Made by a program: the position numbers and the translations under genes
The notes under the pieces: model-generated
The model's database searches: none
What the model was told of the DNA's origin: nothing
The model's input: the letters and a program-made list of their open reading frames with translations, nothing else
Shown here: positions 1 through 10,451 of the stretch, in pieces
Position numbering within the stretch: position 1 is the stretch's first letter
How the letters are laid out: the number at the start of each line of letters is the position of its first letter
From: Malacoraja senta
Lineage: Eukaryota
Length of the DNA stretch: 64,000 nt
Assembly: GCA_038087875.1 (NCBI GenBank)
Contig: CM075994.1
Coordinates: forward strand, 2,234,001 to 2,298,000
Reading direction: 5' to 3'

Positions 1-1414
1 GTGCCATCATCGTAGACGAAATCCTGGTATATGGCAAAGACACAGCAGAGCATGACAACAACCTAAAGCTTATCATGGACCGGGCACGTCAAATCAACCT
101 GAAATTCAACCCTAACAAGTGCAAGTTCAGGGTTCCAGAGGTCACATATGTTGGACATGTTTTCACTCCTGACGGTCTTAAACTCGATCCGAAGAAAACT
201 GCTGCCATCACAGAGATGCCAGCCCCCACCGACGTGTTTAGCCTACAACGATTCCTGGGTATGGTGAACTATCTGGGAAAGTTCATACCGAACCTCAGTG
301 AACTGAGTTTGCCTCTGAGACAACTCACTCGGAAGGATGCTGCCTGGTCCTGGTTCCAGCAACACCAACAAGCATTTGACTCTTTAAAGTCGAGGCTGAC
401 CAGCTTTCCACCTTGACGTTCTTCGACCTGAGGCGTCCTGTCACGGTTACCTGCGATGCCTCGAACTTGATTTACTGCCCTCTATCACATCAGAAATGGT
501 AATTCAAAAGCTACAGAGACACTTCTCCACATTCGGCACACCTGTCCGCTTGCAAACCGACAACGGAAGACAATTTACCAGCCACGCCTTCAAACACTTT
601 GCTAACCGATGGAATGTCCACCATGTCACGAGCAGCACCGAATACCCACAAAGTAACGGGCTCGCTGAACGGGCCGTCAGAAGCGCAAAACAGCTAATGG
701 AACGCGCCCACCTAGCCAAGTCGGATGTGTACCTCGACCTTTTAAACCTCAGAAACATCGCTAGAGACGGGGTCCTGGGCTCACCAGCCCAACGCCTGAT
801 GTCCAGAACAACGAGACCACCGATACCGATTGCCCAGCAGAAGCTGGCACCACAGGTGCTGAAGCCAGCCACGATCCAGAAGCGCATCCAGGAGAAACAC
901 GACATCCAGAAACGATCACATGGCAAATCGAGCAAACCACTTCAACCACTACTGCCGGGTTGGCCAAGTCGTCCGCTTGCAAGATACTATGGGACATTCC
1001 CGTCTAGGTTGTGTTGTTGGCCCATCCAAAGAACCCCGATCCTACCTTGTTGACATCGATGGCGTCTTGTACCGTCGGAGCCGCCAACACTTGCTAGCTG
1101 TGAAGGAACCACATCCTCCACCAGCCGATCCTTTCGCTCCACCTCTACTGTTCCAGCCGTCTGCTGCCGTGGCCACCACTAGTTCCAGCATGTCCCTTAC
1201 TCCACCATGACCGGCGGCTATGACTAACAACAACACTATCCTCTCCCGCATGCTCCCCCTGTCGGTCACCACGAGTGTCCCCTGCTGCTTTCTCACTTCC
1301 GGGTTCACCGCCTCCCTCTAACTTTCTGGCGAAGAGGGAGAGGGGTTGGTCCGTACGCGTTTGGGCCGTATTAGTAGACCGCCTCACAGATATGGCGAGC
1401 ATGTTTGAATTCTA
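1..1414 (+). mobile_element. Ty3/Gypsy LTR retrotransposon pol remnant (RT end, start of RNase H, integrase core), internally deleted
   Basis: Frame 3 from nt 3 reads AIIVDEILVYG..HD.NL..I...LKFNPNKCKF..EVTYVGH..LQRFLGMVNYLGKFIPNLS (RT). FDLRRPVTVTCDAS near 420-461 is the RNase H start. ORF 496-1053 has FGTP..LQTDNGRQF..HVTSS.EYPQSNGLAERAV (integrase DDE core). Frameshifts are present. Confidence 0.9.
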
Positions 1415-2302
1415 AGTTGCATGTGTGTTTAACTATATTCGCTCTTTACGGGTTATTGCATGTGAACCAATCATAGTAGAATAGCATCACTATCCCCACC
1501 CTACTGTATGATTCATACTAACACCCACTTCCTTTACTGGTCAGTCTTGGAAGCGGTAACATAGAAACATAGGAAATAGGTGCAGGAGTAGGCCATTCGG
1601 CCCTTCGAGCCTGCACCGCCATTCGATATGATCATGGCTGATCATCCAACTCAGTATCCCATCCCTGCCTTCTCTCCATACCCCCTGATCCCTTTAGCCA
1701 CAAGGGCCACATCTAACTCCCTCTTAAATATAGCCAATGAACTGGCCTCAACTACCTTCTGTGGCAGAGAATTCCACAGATTCACCACTCTCTGTATAAA
1801 AAATGATTTTCTCATCTCGGTCCTAAAAGATTTCCCTCTTAACCTTAAACTGTGACCCTTAGTTCTGGACTTCCCCAACATCGGGAATAATCTTCCTGCA
1901 TCTAGCCTGTCCAACCCCTTAAGAATTTTGTACGTTTCTATAAGATCCCCCCTCAATCTTCTAAATTCTAGCGTGTACAAGCCGAGTCTATCCAGTCTTT
2001 CTTCATATGAAAGTCCTGCCATCCCAGGAATCTGGTGAACCTTCTCTGTACTCCCTCTATGGCAAGAATGTCTTTCCTCAGATTAGGAGACCAAAACTGT
2101 ACGCAATACTCCAGGTGTGGTCTCACCAAGACCCTGTACAACTGCAGTAGAACCTCCCTGCTCTTATACTCAAATCCTTTTGCTATGAAGTTGAACTAAC
2201 AACTAACGTTGAACTAACAACTAACAACCTGCTGTACCGCTATATATGAGTACCGATTAAAGATGATCTTGAACTCCAGATTGTACAGTTTGCTTATTTA
2301 CA
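1415..2302 (+). repeat. Possible 3' LTR of the Gypsy element, interrupted by a CR1 insertion
   Basis: Non-coding sequence follows the integrase and resumes after the CR1 at ~2190. It has ATTAAA at 2256-2261 and ends ...TTTACA at 2302. No clear polypurine tract was seen. Confidence 0.35.
1557..2189 (-). mobile_element. CR1-clade LINE 3' fragment
   Basis: ORF 1651-2022(-) GLSYEERLDRLGLYTLEFRRLRGDLIETYKI...RVVNLWNSLP is the typical CR1 ORF2 C-terminus. It has a (TTTCTATG)-like tail and is near-identical to 18932-19530. Confidence 0.92.
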
Positions 2303-2864
2303 ATCAGTATGGACACTGTTGTGCAACACTCCCCCAGGGCTCTACCATTTACTGTGCAAGTTGTTTCTTGGTTTGTCTTGCCAAAATGTAACAACTCTAA
2401 TGTTTCTGAATTAAGTTCCCGTTGCCATTCCATGGCCCATTGGTCCAGTTATTCAAGATCCCATTGTAACCTGAGATAACCATCTTCGCAGTACATAATA
2501 CCACCAATTTTTGTGTCATCTGCAAACTTACTACGTTCTTACTTCATTCATATCCAAATCGTTAATCTAAATAACAAAAAACAGTGGACCCAAAATCAAG
2601 AAGTTGTTCTTGAACCTGGTGGTCATGTTTCTGAGGCTCCTGTACCACCTTTAGGATGGTAGTAGTGAGATGAGAGCATGGCCAGGGGTAGTGTAGATCT
2701 TTAATATTAGCTGGGTTTTTGTGGCAGCGCCTCCTCAATCCCTTCGATGATGGGGAGGTCTGGGCAATGTCCACCACTTTCTGCATCCTCCTTTGTTCTT
2801 GGGTCTTCAGGTTCCCGAACTGGACCATGATGTAGTCAGTCTGTATGCTCTTCACCTGTCGTCT

Positions 2865-2934
2865 GCTAAAATAGCTCAGTTAGAGTATTAGGCTGAAGAT
2901 CTAAAGGTCTCTGGTTTCATCCCGGGTTTTGGCA
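2865..2934 (+). pseudogene. tRNA-Phe(GAA) pseudogene
   Basis: GCTAAAATAGCTCAGTTAGAGTATTAGGCTGAAGATCTAAAGGTCTCTGGTTTCATCCCGGGTTTTGGCA aligns with vertebrate tRNA-Phe (anticodon loop CTGAAGA). It has a D-loop deletion, a damaged B-box (GGTTTCATCC instead of GGTTCGATCC) and several CpG-type changes. Confidence 0.82.
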
Positions 2935-2954
2935 GTGGTGAGGGAACATTTATT

Positions 2955-3895
2955 TCGGGACTCGAGGTTCTGAGCAATAGGAAGAGATTGAGCAGGCGAG
3001 GACTTTATTCCTTGGAGTGCAGGAGGATGAAGGGTGAATTTATAAGATCATGAGAGGATTAAATCCACAGAGTCTCTTACGCAGAGTAGGAGAATCAAGA
3101 ACCAGAGGACACAGGGTTATGATGAGGGTAGAAAGATTTAATAGGAATTATTAAATCTTTCTGCCCTCATCTTAAACCTGTATCCTCTGGTTCTTGATTC
3201 TCCTACTCTGAGGGGCAACATTTTTACACAAAGGGTGGTGAGTGTATGGAATACATAGATACATACATAGACAATAGGTGCAGGAGTAGGCCATTCAACC
3301 CTTCGAGCCAGCACCACCATTCAATGTGATCATGGCTGATCATGCACAATCAGAACCCGGTTCCTGCCATCGCCCCATATTCCTTGATTCCGCTAGCCCT
3401 AAGAGATCTATCCAACTCTCTCTTGAATCCATCCAGTGAATCGGCCTCCACTGCTTTCTGAGGCAGAGCTGCCTGAACAGGTACTATCACAGTGTTTAAG
3501 AAACATTTGGACAGGTACACAGATAGGATAGGTTTAGAAGGATATGGGCCGAATGCAGGCTGATGGGACTAGTGTAGATGGGGCATGTTGGTCAGCACGG
3601 ACAAGTTGAGCTGAAGGGCCTTTCTCCACGTTCTATGGAGACAAGGAAACACTTTTTCTCACAAGTGGTGAGTCTGTGGAATTCTCTGCCTCAGAGGGTG
3701 GTGGAGGCAGGTTCTCTGGATGGATTCAAGAGAGAGCTAGATAGGGCTCTTAAAAATAGCGGAGTCAGGGGATATGTGGAGAAGGCAGGAACGGGATACT
3801 GATTGGGGATGATCAGCCATGATCACATTGATTGGCGGCGCTGGCTCGAAGGGCCGAATGGCCTACTCCTGCACCTATTGTCTATTGTCTATGAC
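2955..3895. mobile_element. Cluster of nested CR1-type LINE 3' ends in both orientations
   Basis: Repeated CR1 3' motifs (gaaccagaggacatagg, gtggaattctctgcctcagag, ggccgaatggcctactcctgcacctattgtctattgt). Confidence 0.8.
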
Positions 3896-4394
3896 TCTTA
3901 AGTGTGCTGGAGATCTGCAGCTTGTTGTGTGAGCTGCGGCCAGGAGGTGGCGCTCGTGCTCGAGTGGGAGAACCTGGGTGTGAATCTGCTCCACCAACCA
4001 TTACTTGGGGTCCGACGCATTCAGCTACCATCTCTACAGATAAAACCTCTGCCCTTCTTCAGTGGGTGAAAGTTCCCATCGCGAGGGGGGTGGGCGACTC
4101 CTTATTTATTCCTTGACTGACCTCAGATAAGGAGATGTTATATTGTCCTATCATGGTGACGTGACTTTAGTACACAGCCATCTAAAGTTATCCATCTACA
4201 GTTCAAACCAGCCCTGGCAAAATGCACACAGGTTCTGGAGTAACTCGGCGGGTCATGCCACAACTCTGGAGGACATGGATTAGCAATGTTAAGGGTCAGG
4301 ACCCTTCTTCACGCTGATTATGGTGGGGGTGGGGGGGAGAACATTTGTGGAAACAGAAATGTTAATATACAGAGTGCTGGAGCAACCCAGCAGT

Positions 4395-4700
4395 TTTGTT
4401 TTAGTTTAGAGGCAGTGTGGAAACAGGCCCTTCGGCCCACCATGTCCACGCTGACCAGCGATCCCCATGCACGAGTTCTATCCTACACACCAGGGACAAT
4501 TTACAATTTTACCGAAGCCATTTAAACTACAAACCTGTACGCCTTTGGAGTGTGGGAGGAAACTAGAGCACCCAGAGAAAACCCACGCAGTCACAGGGAG
4601 AACGTGCAAACTCCATCCAGACAGCACCAGTAGTTAGGATCGAACCCGGGTGTCTAGTGCTGTAAGGCAGCAATTCTACTGCTGCACCACATTGCCGCCA
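4395..4700 (-). mobile_element. HE1/V-SINE-type tRNA-derived SINE
   Basis: The reverse complement has an A-box/B-box head (ggtgcagcagtaga...gggttcgatcc), a V-domain (ttctccctgtgactgcgtgggtttt...ttcctcccaca) and a LINE-like tail (ggccgaagggcctgtttcc...ctaaactaaa). Confidence 0.85.
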
Positions 4701-5701
4701 GGTCAGGAAGACATACAGTAGATAGGTGACATTTCGGGTCAGGACCTTTCTTCAGACTGTCGGACTTGCCGAATTACTCCAGCACTTTGTGTTTGTTTTT
4801 TGTAAACAGCATCTGCAGTTCCTTGTTTCCTTACACCAGCAGTGTGCGACTGAGCTATTTAGCTGCTTTCCTGTTCCCTGCCATCAGGCAATCAGCTTTA
4901 CAAATGTTTAAACATCACCCCTTCAAAGGTTTCAAAGGTCTTTTATTGTCACATGTACCAATTAAGGTACAGTGATATGTGAATTACCATACAGCCATAT
5001 GAAAAAAAGCAACAAGACACACATACATACAATTTTACATGAACATTCACCACAGTTGATTCCTCACTGTAATGGAAGGCAAAAAAGTCCAAACTTCTTC
5101 CTCTTTATTCTGAAGACACAAGGAACTGCAGGTGCTGGTTGGCAAAAGAAAAGACACCAAGTGCAGGAGTAACTCAGTGGGTCAGACAACATCTCTGGAG
5201 AATATGGGTCCCTGTCCCTTTCCACCTATATCCATCCTCTGGCTTCACAATTCGAACCTCCTCTATCCTCATCTCACACTTTTTGTCTTTATATCTCTGG
5301 CCTTTGTATGAACATCTGCCTATCAAAGTCCCCTTCCTCACCTGTATCCACCTATTACTTGTGTAGGAAGGAACTGCAAATGCCGGTATATACTGAAAAT
5401 AGACACAAATTGTTGGGGTTACTCTGGGTCAGGCAGCAGCTCTGGAGTAAAAGGATGGGTGACATTTTGGATCGGGACCCTTCTTCAGACATCTATCCAC
5501 CTATTAGTTCAAGAAGTCAAGTCAAGAGAGTTTATTGTCATGTGTCCCAGATAGGACAATGAAATTCTTGTTTGCTGCAGCACAACAGAGTATTGTAGGC
5601 ATAAATACAGAACAGATCAGTGTGTCCATATACCATAGAAAATATATATACACACATAAATAAACAGATAAAGTGCAATAGGCTGTTATAGTTCAGAGTT
5701 T

Positions 5702-6200
5702 TAAAGAAGGAACTGCAGATGCTGGAAAATCGAAGGTACACAAAAATGCTGGAGAAACTCAGCGGGTGCAGCAGCATCTATGGAGCGAAGGAAATAGGTA
5801 ACGTTTCGGGCCGAAACCCTTCTTCAGACTGATAGGGGGTGGGGAGAAGAAAGGAAAAAAGGAAAAAGGCGGAGGAGGAGCCCGAGGGCTGGGGGAGGGG
5901 AGGAGACAACCAGATGGCTGATGAAGGGGAGGGGACAGCAAGGGCTAGCAGAATTGGGAGAATTCAATGTTCAGGCCACCAGGATGTAGACTGCCCAAGC
6001 GGAATATGAGGTGCATTTCCTCCAATTTACGGTGTTGCTCGCTGTGGCCATGGAGGAGACCCAGGACAGAGAGGTCAGATACGGAATGGGAGGGGGAGTT
6101 GAAGTGCTGAGCCACCGGGAGTTCAGGTTGGTTATTGCGGACCGACCGGAGGTGTTCGGCGAAACGATCGCCAAGCCTCCGCTTGGTCTCACTGCTTGAC
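5702..6200 (-). mobile_element. Penelope-like element 3' fragment: GIY-YIG endonuclease C-terminus plus terminal repeat with hammerhead motif
   Basis: The minus strand from ~6190 reads ETKRRLGDRFAEHLRSVRNNQPELPVAQHFNSPSHSVSDLSVLGL...RKLEEMHLIFRLGSLHPGGLN (PLE GIY-YIG). It is flanked by the direct repeat TAGTTCAGAGTTT (5689-5701, 6201-6213). Confidence 0.85.
5799..5827 (-). ncRNA. Minimal type I hammerhead ribozyme motif (PLE-associated)
   Basis: The minus strand reads CTGAAGA-A-GGG TTTCGG CCC-GAAA-CG-TT. The CUGANGA and GAAA core is intact, with a helix II and a palindromic ACGT helix III. Confidence 0.7.
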
Positions 6201-7120
6201 TAGTTCAGAGTTTGTTTGAAGTTGTGTTTAATAGCCTGATGGCTGTGGGGAAGGAGCTGTTCCTGAACCTGGATGTTGCAGATTTCAGGCTCCTGTACCT
6301 TCTACCTGATGGCAGCGGAGAGATGAGTGTGTGGCCAGGATGGTGTGGGTCCTTGATGATGTTGGCAGCCTTTTTGAGGCAGCGACTGCGATAGATCCCC
6401 TCGATGGTAGGGAGGCCAGAGTCGATGATGGACTGGGCAGTGTTACAACTTTTTGCAGCCTTTTCCGCTCCTGGATGCTCAAGTTGCTGAACCAAGCCAC
6501 GATGCAACCAGTCAGCATGCTCTCTACTGTGCACCTGTAGAAGTTCGAGAGAGTCCTCCTTGACATACCGACTCTCCGTAATCTTCTCAGGAAGTAGAGG
6601 CGCTGATATGCTTTCTTTATAATTGCATTAGTGTTCTGGGACCAGGAGAGATCTTCGGAAATATGCACGCCCAGGAATTTGAAGTTCTTCACCCTTTCCA
6701 CCATCGACCCGCTGATATAAACGGGACTGTGGGTCCCCATCCTACCCCTTCCAAAGTCCACAATCAGTTCCTTGGTTTTGCTGGTGTTGTGAGCCAGGTT
6801 ATTCACTCTGACTCATCCCCATCAGTGATACGTCCCACAACAGTGGTGTCGTCAGCGAACTTGATGATGGAGTTCGCACTATGTCCGGCTACACAGTCAT
6901 GAGTATAGAGTGAGTACAGCAGGGGACTGAGCACGCAGCCTTGAGGTGCTCCCGTGCTGACTGTTATCGAGGATGACACATTTCCACCAATACGGACAGA
7001 CTGTGGTCTGTGAATGAGGAAGTCGAGGATCCAATTGCAGAGGGATGCGCAGAGACCCAGATCTGAGAGATTGGTAACCAGCTTGGAGGGAATGATGGTA
7101 TTAAATGCTGAGCTGTAGTC

Positions 7121-10100
7121 TTTTTTTTAATTTTTATTTCAAAATAGACTTTATTCAAGTAATAAATATATACAATACGTGAACCGTGCGAAACATTCAT
7201 CTGACATTTTCGGAGGCTATACAAATTGTTCAATGCAGTTAATACATTTTTCCAATTCCACAGATCCGTCCCCCACCCGTGCCACTCATGTGGCCCCCTG
7301 GCGTGGGATACCTTCCCTTATTTTGAGGGGCGTCTCCACCATACTGTGCCCCCCATGTCCAGCAGCGGAAGGACCCTAGACTGTGGCCCTCCCCCACCGA
7401 GCCTTGGCGTTGGCTGCACCAAGCTTCAGTGCGTCCCTCAGCACGTACTCCTGCAGTCTACAGCGGGCCAGTCGGCAACATTCCCTGACGGACATCTCGC
7501 TCTGCTGGGTGGTGAACAACGCTCGGGCAGACCAAAGAGCATCTTTCACCGAGTTGATGACCCTCCAGCAGCACTCGATGTCAGTCTCTGAATGCGTCCC
7601 TGGGAACAGTCCGTAAATCACAGAGTCCTCTGTGACGGAGCTGTTCGGAATAAAGCGTTCCAGGGACCCTTGCATACTTCTCCAGACTCTTTTTGCAAAT
7701 CCACACTCTGCAAAGAGGTGGGCAACCGTCTCCTCTCCATAGCAGCCGTCCCGAGGGCAGCGTGCGCTGGCAGTGAGGTTCCGACGGTGCAGGAAGGATC
7801 TGACTGGGAGGGCTCCCCTCACCGCCAGCCAAGCCAGGTCTTGGTGCTTGTTGGTGAGTTCTGGCGATGAGGCATTTTGCCAGACAAGCTGGGCAGTCTG
7901 CTCTGGGAACCACGCCACCAGATCCATCGAGTCCTTTCCCTGCAGTGCCTGCAGGACATTCCGTGCTGACCACTGCCCAATGGACATGTGGTCAAAGGTG
8001 TTGGTCCGGAAGAACCTTTCCACAGACGACAGATGGGGCGGCAATGTCCAGCTGACTGGCACATTGCGTGGCATCTGCGCCAGGCCCATCCTTCGCAACA
8101 CCGGGGACAGGTAGAACCTCAGCAGGTAGTGACACTTGGTGCCCACGTGCCTTGGTTCTACACTCCGCCTGATGCAGCCACACACATAGGTGGCCATCAG
8201 GGTGAGGGCGACGTTGGGCACGCTTTTACCCCAGTTGTCTGCTGACTTGTACATTGTGGCCCGTCGCACCCGGTCTATCCTCGACCCCCAGATGAACTGG
8301 AAGACGGCCCGGGTGATCCCTGTGGCGTAGGAGGGAGGGACAGGCCACACTTGCGCCAAGTACAGCAGCCCCGAGAGCACCTCACACTTGATGACCAAAT
8401 TTTTTCCGGTTATGGAGAGGGAGCGTTGCCTCCACAGCTCCAGCTTCTTCCCCACCTTGACTATCCGCTCCAGCCAATTCTTTAACACGCCTCAGCCCCC
8501 CCCGAACCAGATCCCCTGCCCCTTCAAGAAGTCAGGCTTGATGGTGAAGGGGACAGAAGTTCGGTCGGGCCAGTTGCCAAAGAGCATGGCCTCGCTCTTC
8601 CTGCGGTTCACCCTGGCTCCCGTGGCCAACTCAAACTGGTCGCAGATACTAATCAGTCTGCGGACCGACCCTGGATCCGAGCAGAAGACAGCGACATCGT
8701 CCATGTACAGGGAGGTTTTGACTTGAATGCCCCCACTGCCTGGCAATGTCACTCCTCTTATGCTCGCATCCTTCCTGATGGACTCGGCAAAAGGTTCAAT
8801 ACAGCAGACAAACAAGACAGGAGAGAGAGGGCAACCCTGCCTGACTCCAGACCTTACAGGGAAACTGTCTGATTCCCACCCATTGATTTGGACTGCACTA
8901 CGGATATTGGTGTAGAGCAGTTTGATCCAATTTCGGATTCCCTCCCCAAAACCGATTTTGGAGAGCACGTCCCTCATGTACGTGTGCGATATCCTGTCGA
9001 AGGCCTTCTCCTGGTCCAAGCTGACTAGGCAGGCATCCACCCGTCAGTCCTGCACGTAGGCGATGGTGTCTCTCAACAGCGCTAGGCTGTTTGAGATTTT
9101 CCTGCCAGGTACAGCACAGGTTTGGTCCGGGTGGATCACCTGTCCCAGAGCAAACTTGACCCGGTTGGCAATGACCTTAGACAGGATCTTATAATCTACA
9201 TTCAGCAGTGTTATGGGTCTCCAATTCTTTATGTCCTGCATCTCCCCCTTCTGCTTGTAGATTAGGGTGATGCTGCCCTTCCTCATCGAGTCTGACATGC
9301 TGCCGGCTAGAAGCATGTCGTTGTACACTTCCAGCAGGTCCGGGCCCACCCAGTCCCACAGAGCCGAATACAACTCGGCCGGTAAGCCATCGCTTCCGGG
9401 AGTTTTACTCGAGTCAAAGGAACGGATGGAGCCAGTCAGCTCCTCTAGGGTCAGTGGTTGGTCCAGACTCTCCCGCTTGCTGTCCTCCAAGACCTCCTTG
9501 ATAGAGGACAGGAAGTTCTGGGAGGCGGTGCTGTCTGTGGCCTTTTTGTCATACAAATCCGTGTAAAAGGATTTGCAGATCCTCAGCATATCCGTCTGCA
9601 AGGATGTTACCGAGCCGTCCTCCTCCCTAAGGCTGTTCATCACAGAGCTCCTCCTGTGAACCTTATGGAAGAAGTAACGTGAGCACGTCTCATCCTGCTC
9701 CACATGGCGGACCCTGGATCGGAAGATGATCTTGGAGGATTCAGAGGTAAAGAGCCGAGCTTGCCGGTCCTTCACCTCTCTAAGTTCCTCCCTCACATCC
9801 ACCCCACTCGACTGCAGAAGGAGCAGTTGTTGCAAATCTGTCTGGAGTTGGCACAATTCCCTCTGACTCTGTCTTGCTCTCTGAACCCCTTTAACTATGA
9901 AGAACCTCTTAATGTTCTCCTTGGTTGCTTCCCACCAGAGTGTCGGGGAGTCAAAGAGGGGCCTCACCGTTCTCCAACATGCGTAGTCCCTCTTTAGCTC
10001 CTCAACGTTCTCTGGGGTCAACAGCTTCATATTTAACTTCCACGTCCCTCTGCCTGCTTTCTGGTCCTCCTGTAGGTGACAGGAAGCCTGAAGGAGGCAG

Positions 10101-10451
10101 TGGTCAGAGAAGAACACCGGCGTGAGGTCGGTGTGTCTCACCGTGACGGCCTTCGTCGTGAAGACAAAGTCTATCTGGGATCGGGCTAAACCATCTGATC
10201 TCGACCAGGTGAACTGCGGCTGGGACCCGCCTGCAGGGTTGCTGAAGGCGTCGTGCAGCTTTGCATCTTTTACCGTCTCCATCAGGGGCTTGGAGGTGCT
10301 GTCCAGTCTGTTGTCGGCACTGCCGGATCGTCCAGCCGCATCAATGATGCAGTTGAAGTCACCGGCCAGAACGAGCTGCCGGGACGTGGCCAGCAGCACT
10401 GGGAGCTGCTGGAGAACGGCCAGCCGCTCGCTCTGCACGGGTGAGGCATAC
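7121..10451 (-). mobile_element. Tx1-clade (L1 group) non-LTR retrotransposon, 5'-truncated ORF2
   Basis: Three ORFs in the same frame (10453-9044, 9040-8492, 8488-7376) are split by two stops. They carry APE motifs LAGDFN, FTWSR and FFSDH; RT motifs KTPGSDGLPAELY, WRPITLLNVDYKIL, LDQEKAFDR, GVRQGCPLSP and YMDD; and a C-terminal CPRDGC..ETVAHLFAEC. The A-rich tail starts at 7121. Confidence 0.9.

Larger units (their letters stand above)
5510..7120 (-). mobile_element. Rex1/Babar-like LINE, 3' half (RT C-terminal part and tail), interrupted by a Penelope fragment
   Basis: The minus strand reads [33 protein letters not shown] (~6840-6868), ERVKNFKFLGVHISEDLSW..KKAYQRLYFLRRL and HPGHTL..LPSGRRYRS. 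It has a (CTTGA)n tail at ~5510-5526 and a sister copy at 46715-47372. Confidence 0.85.
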
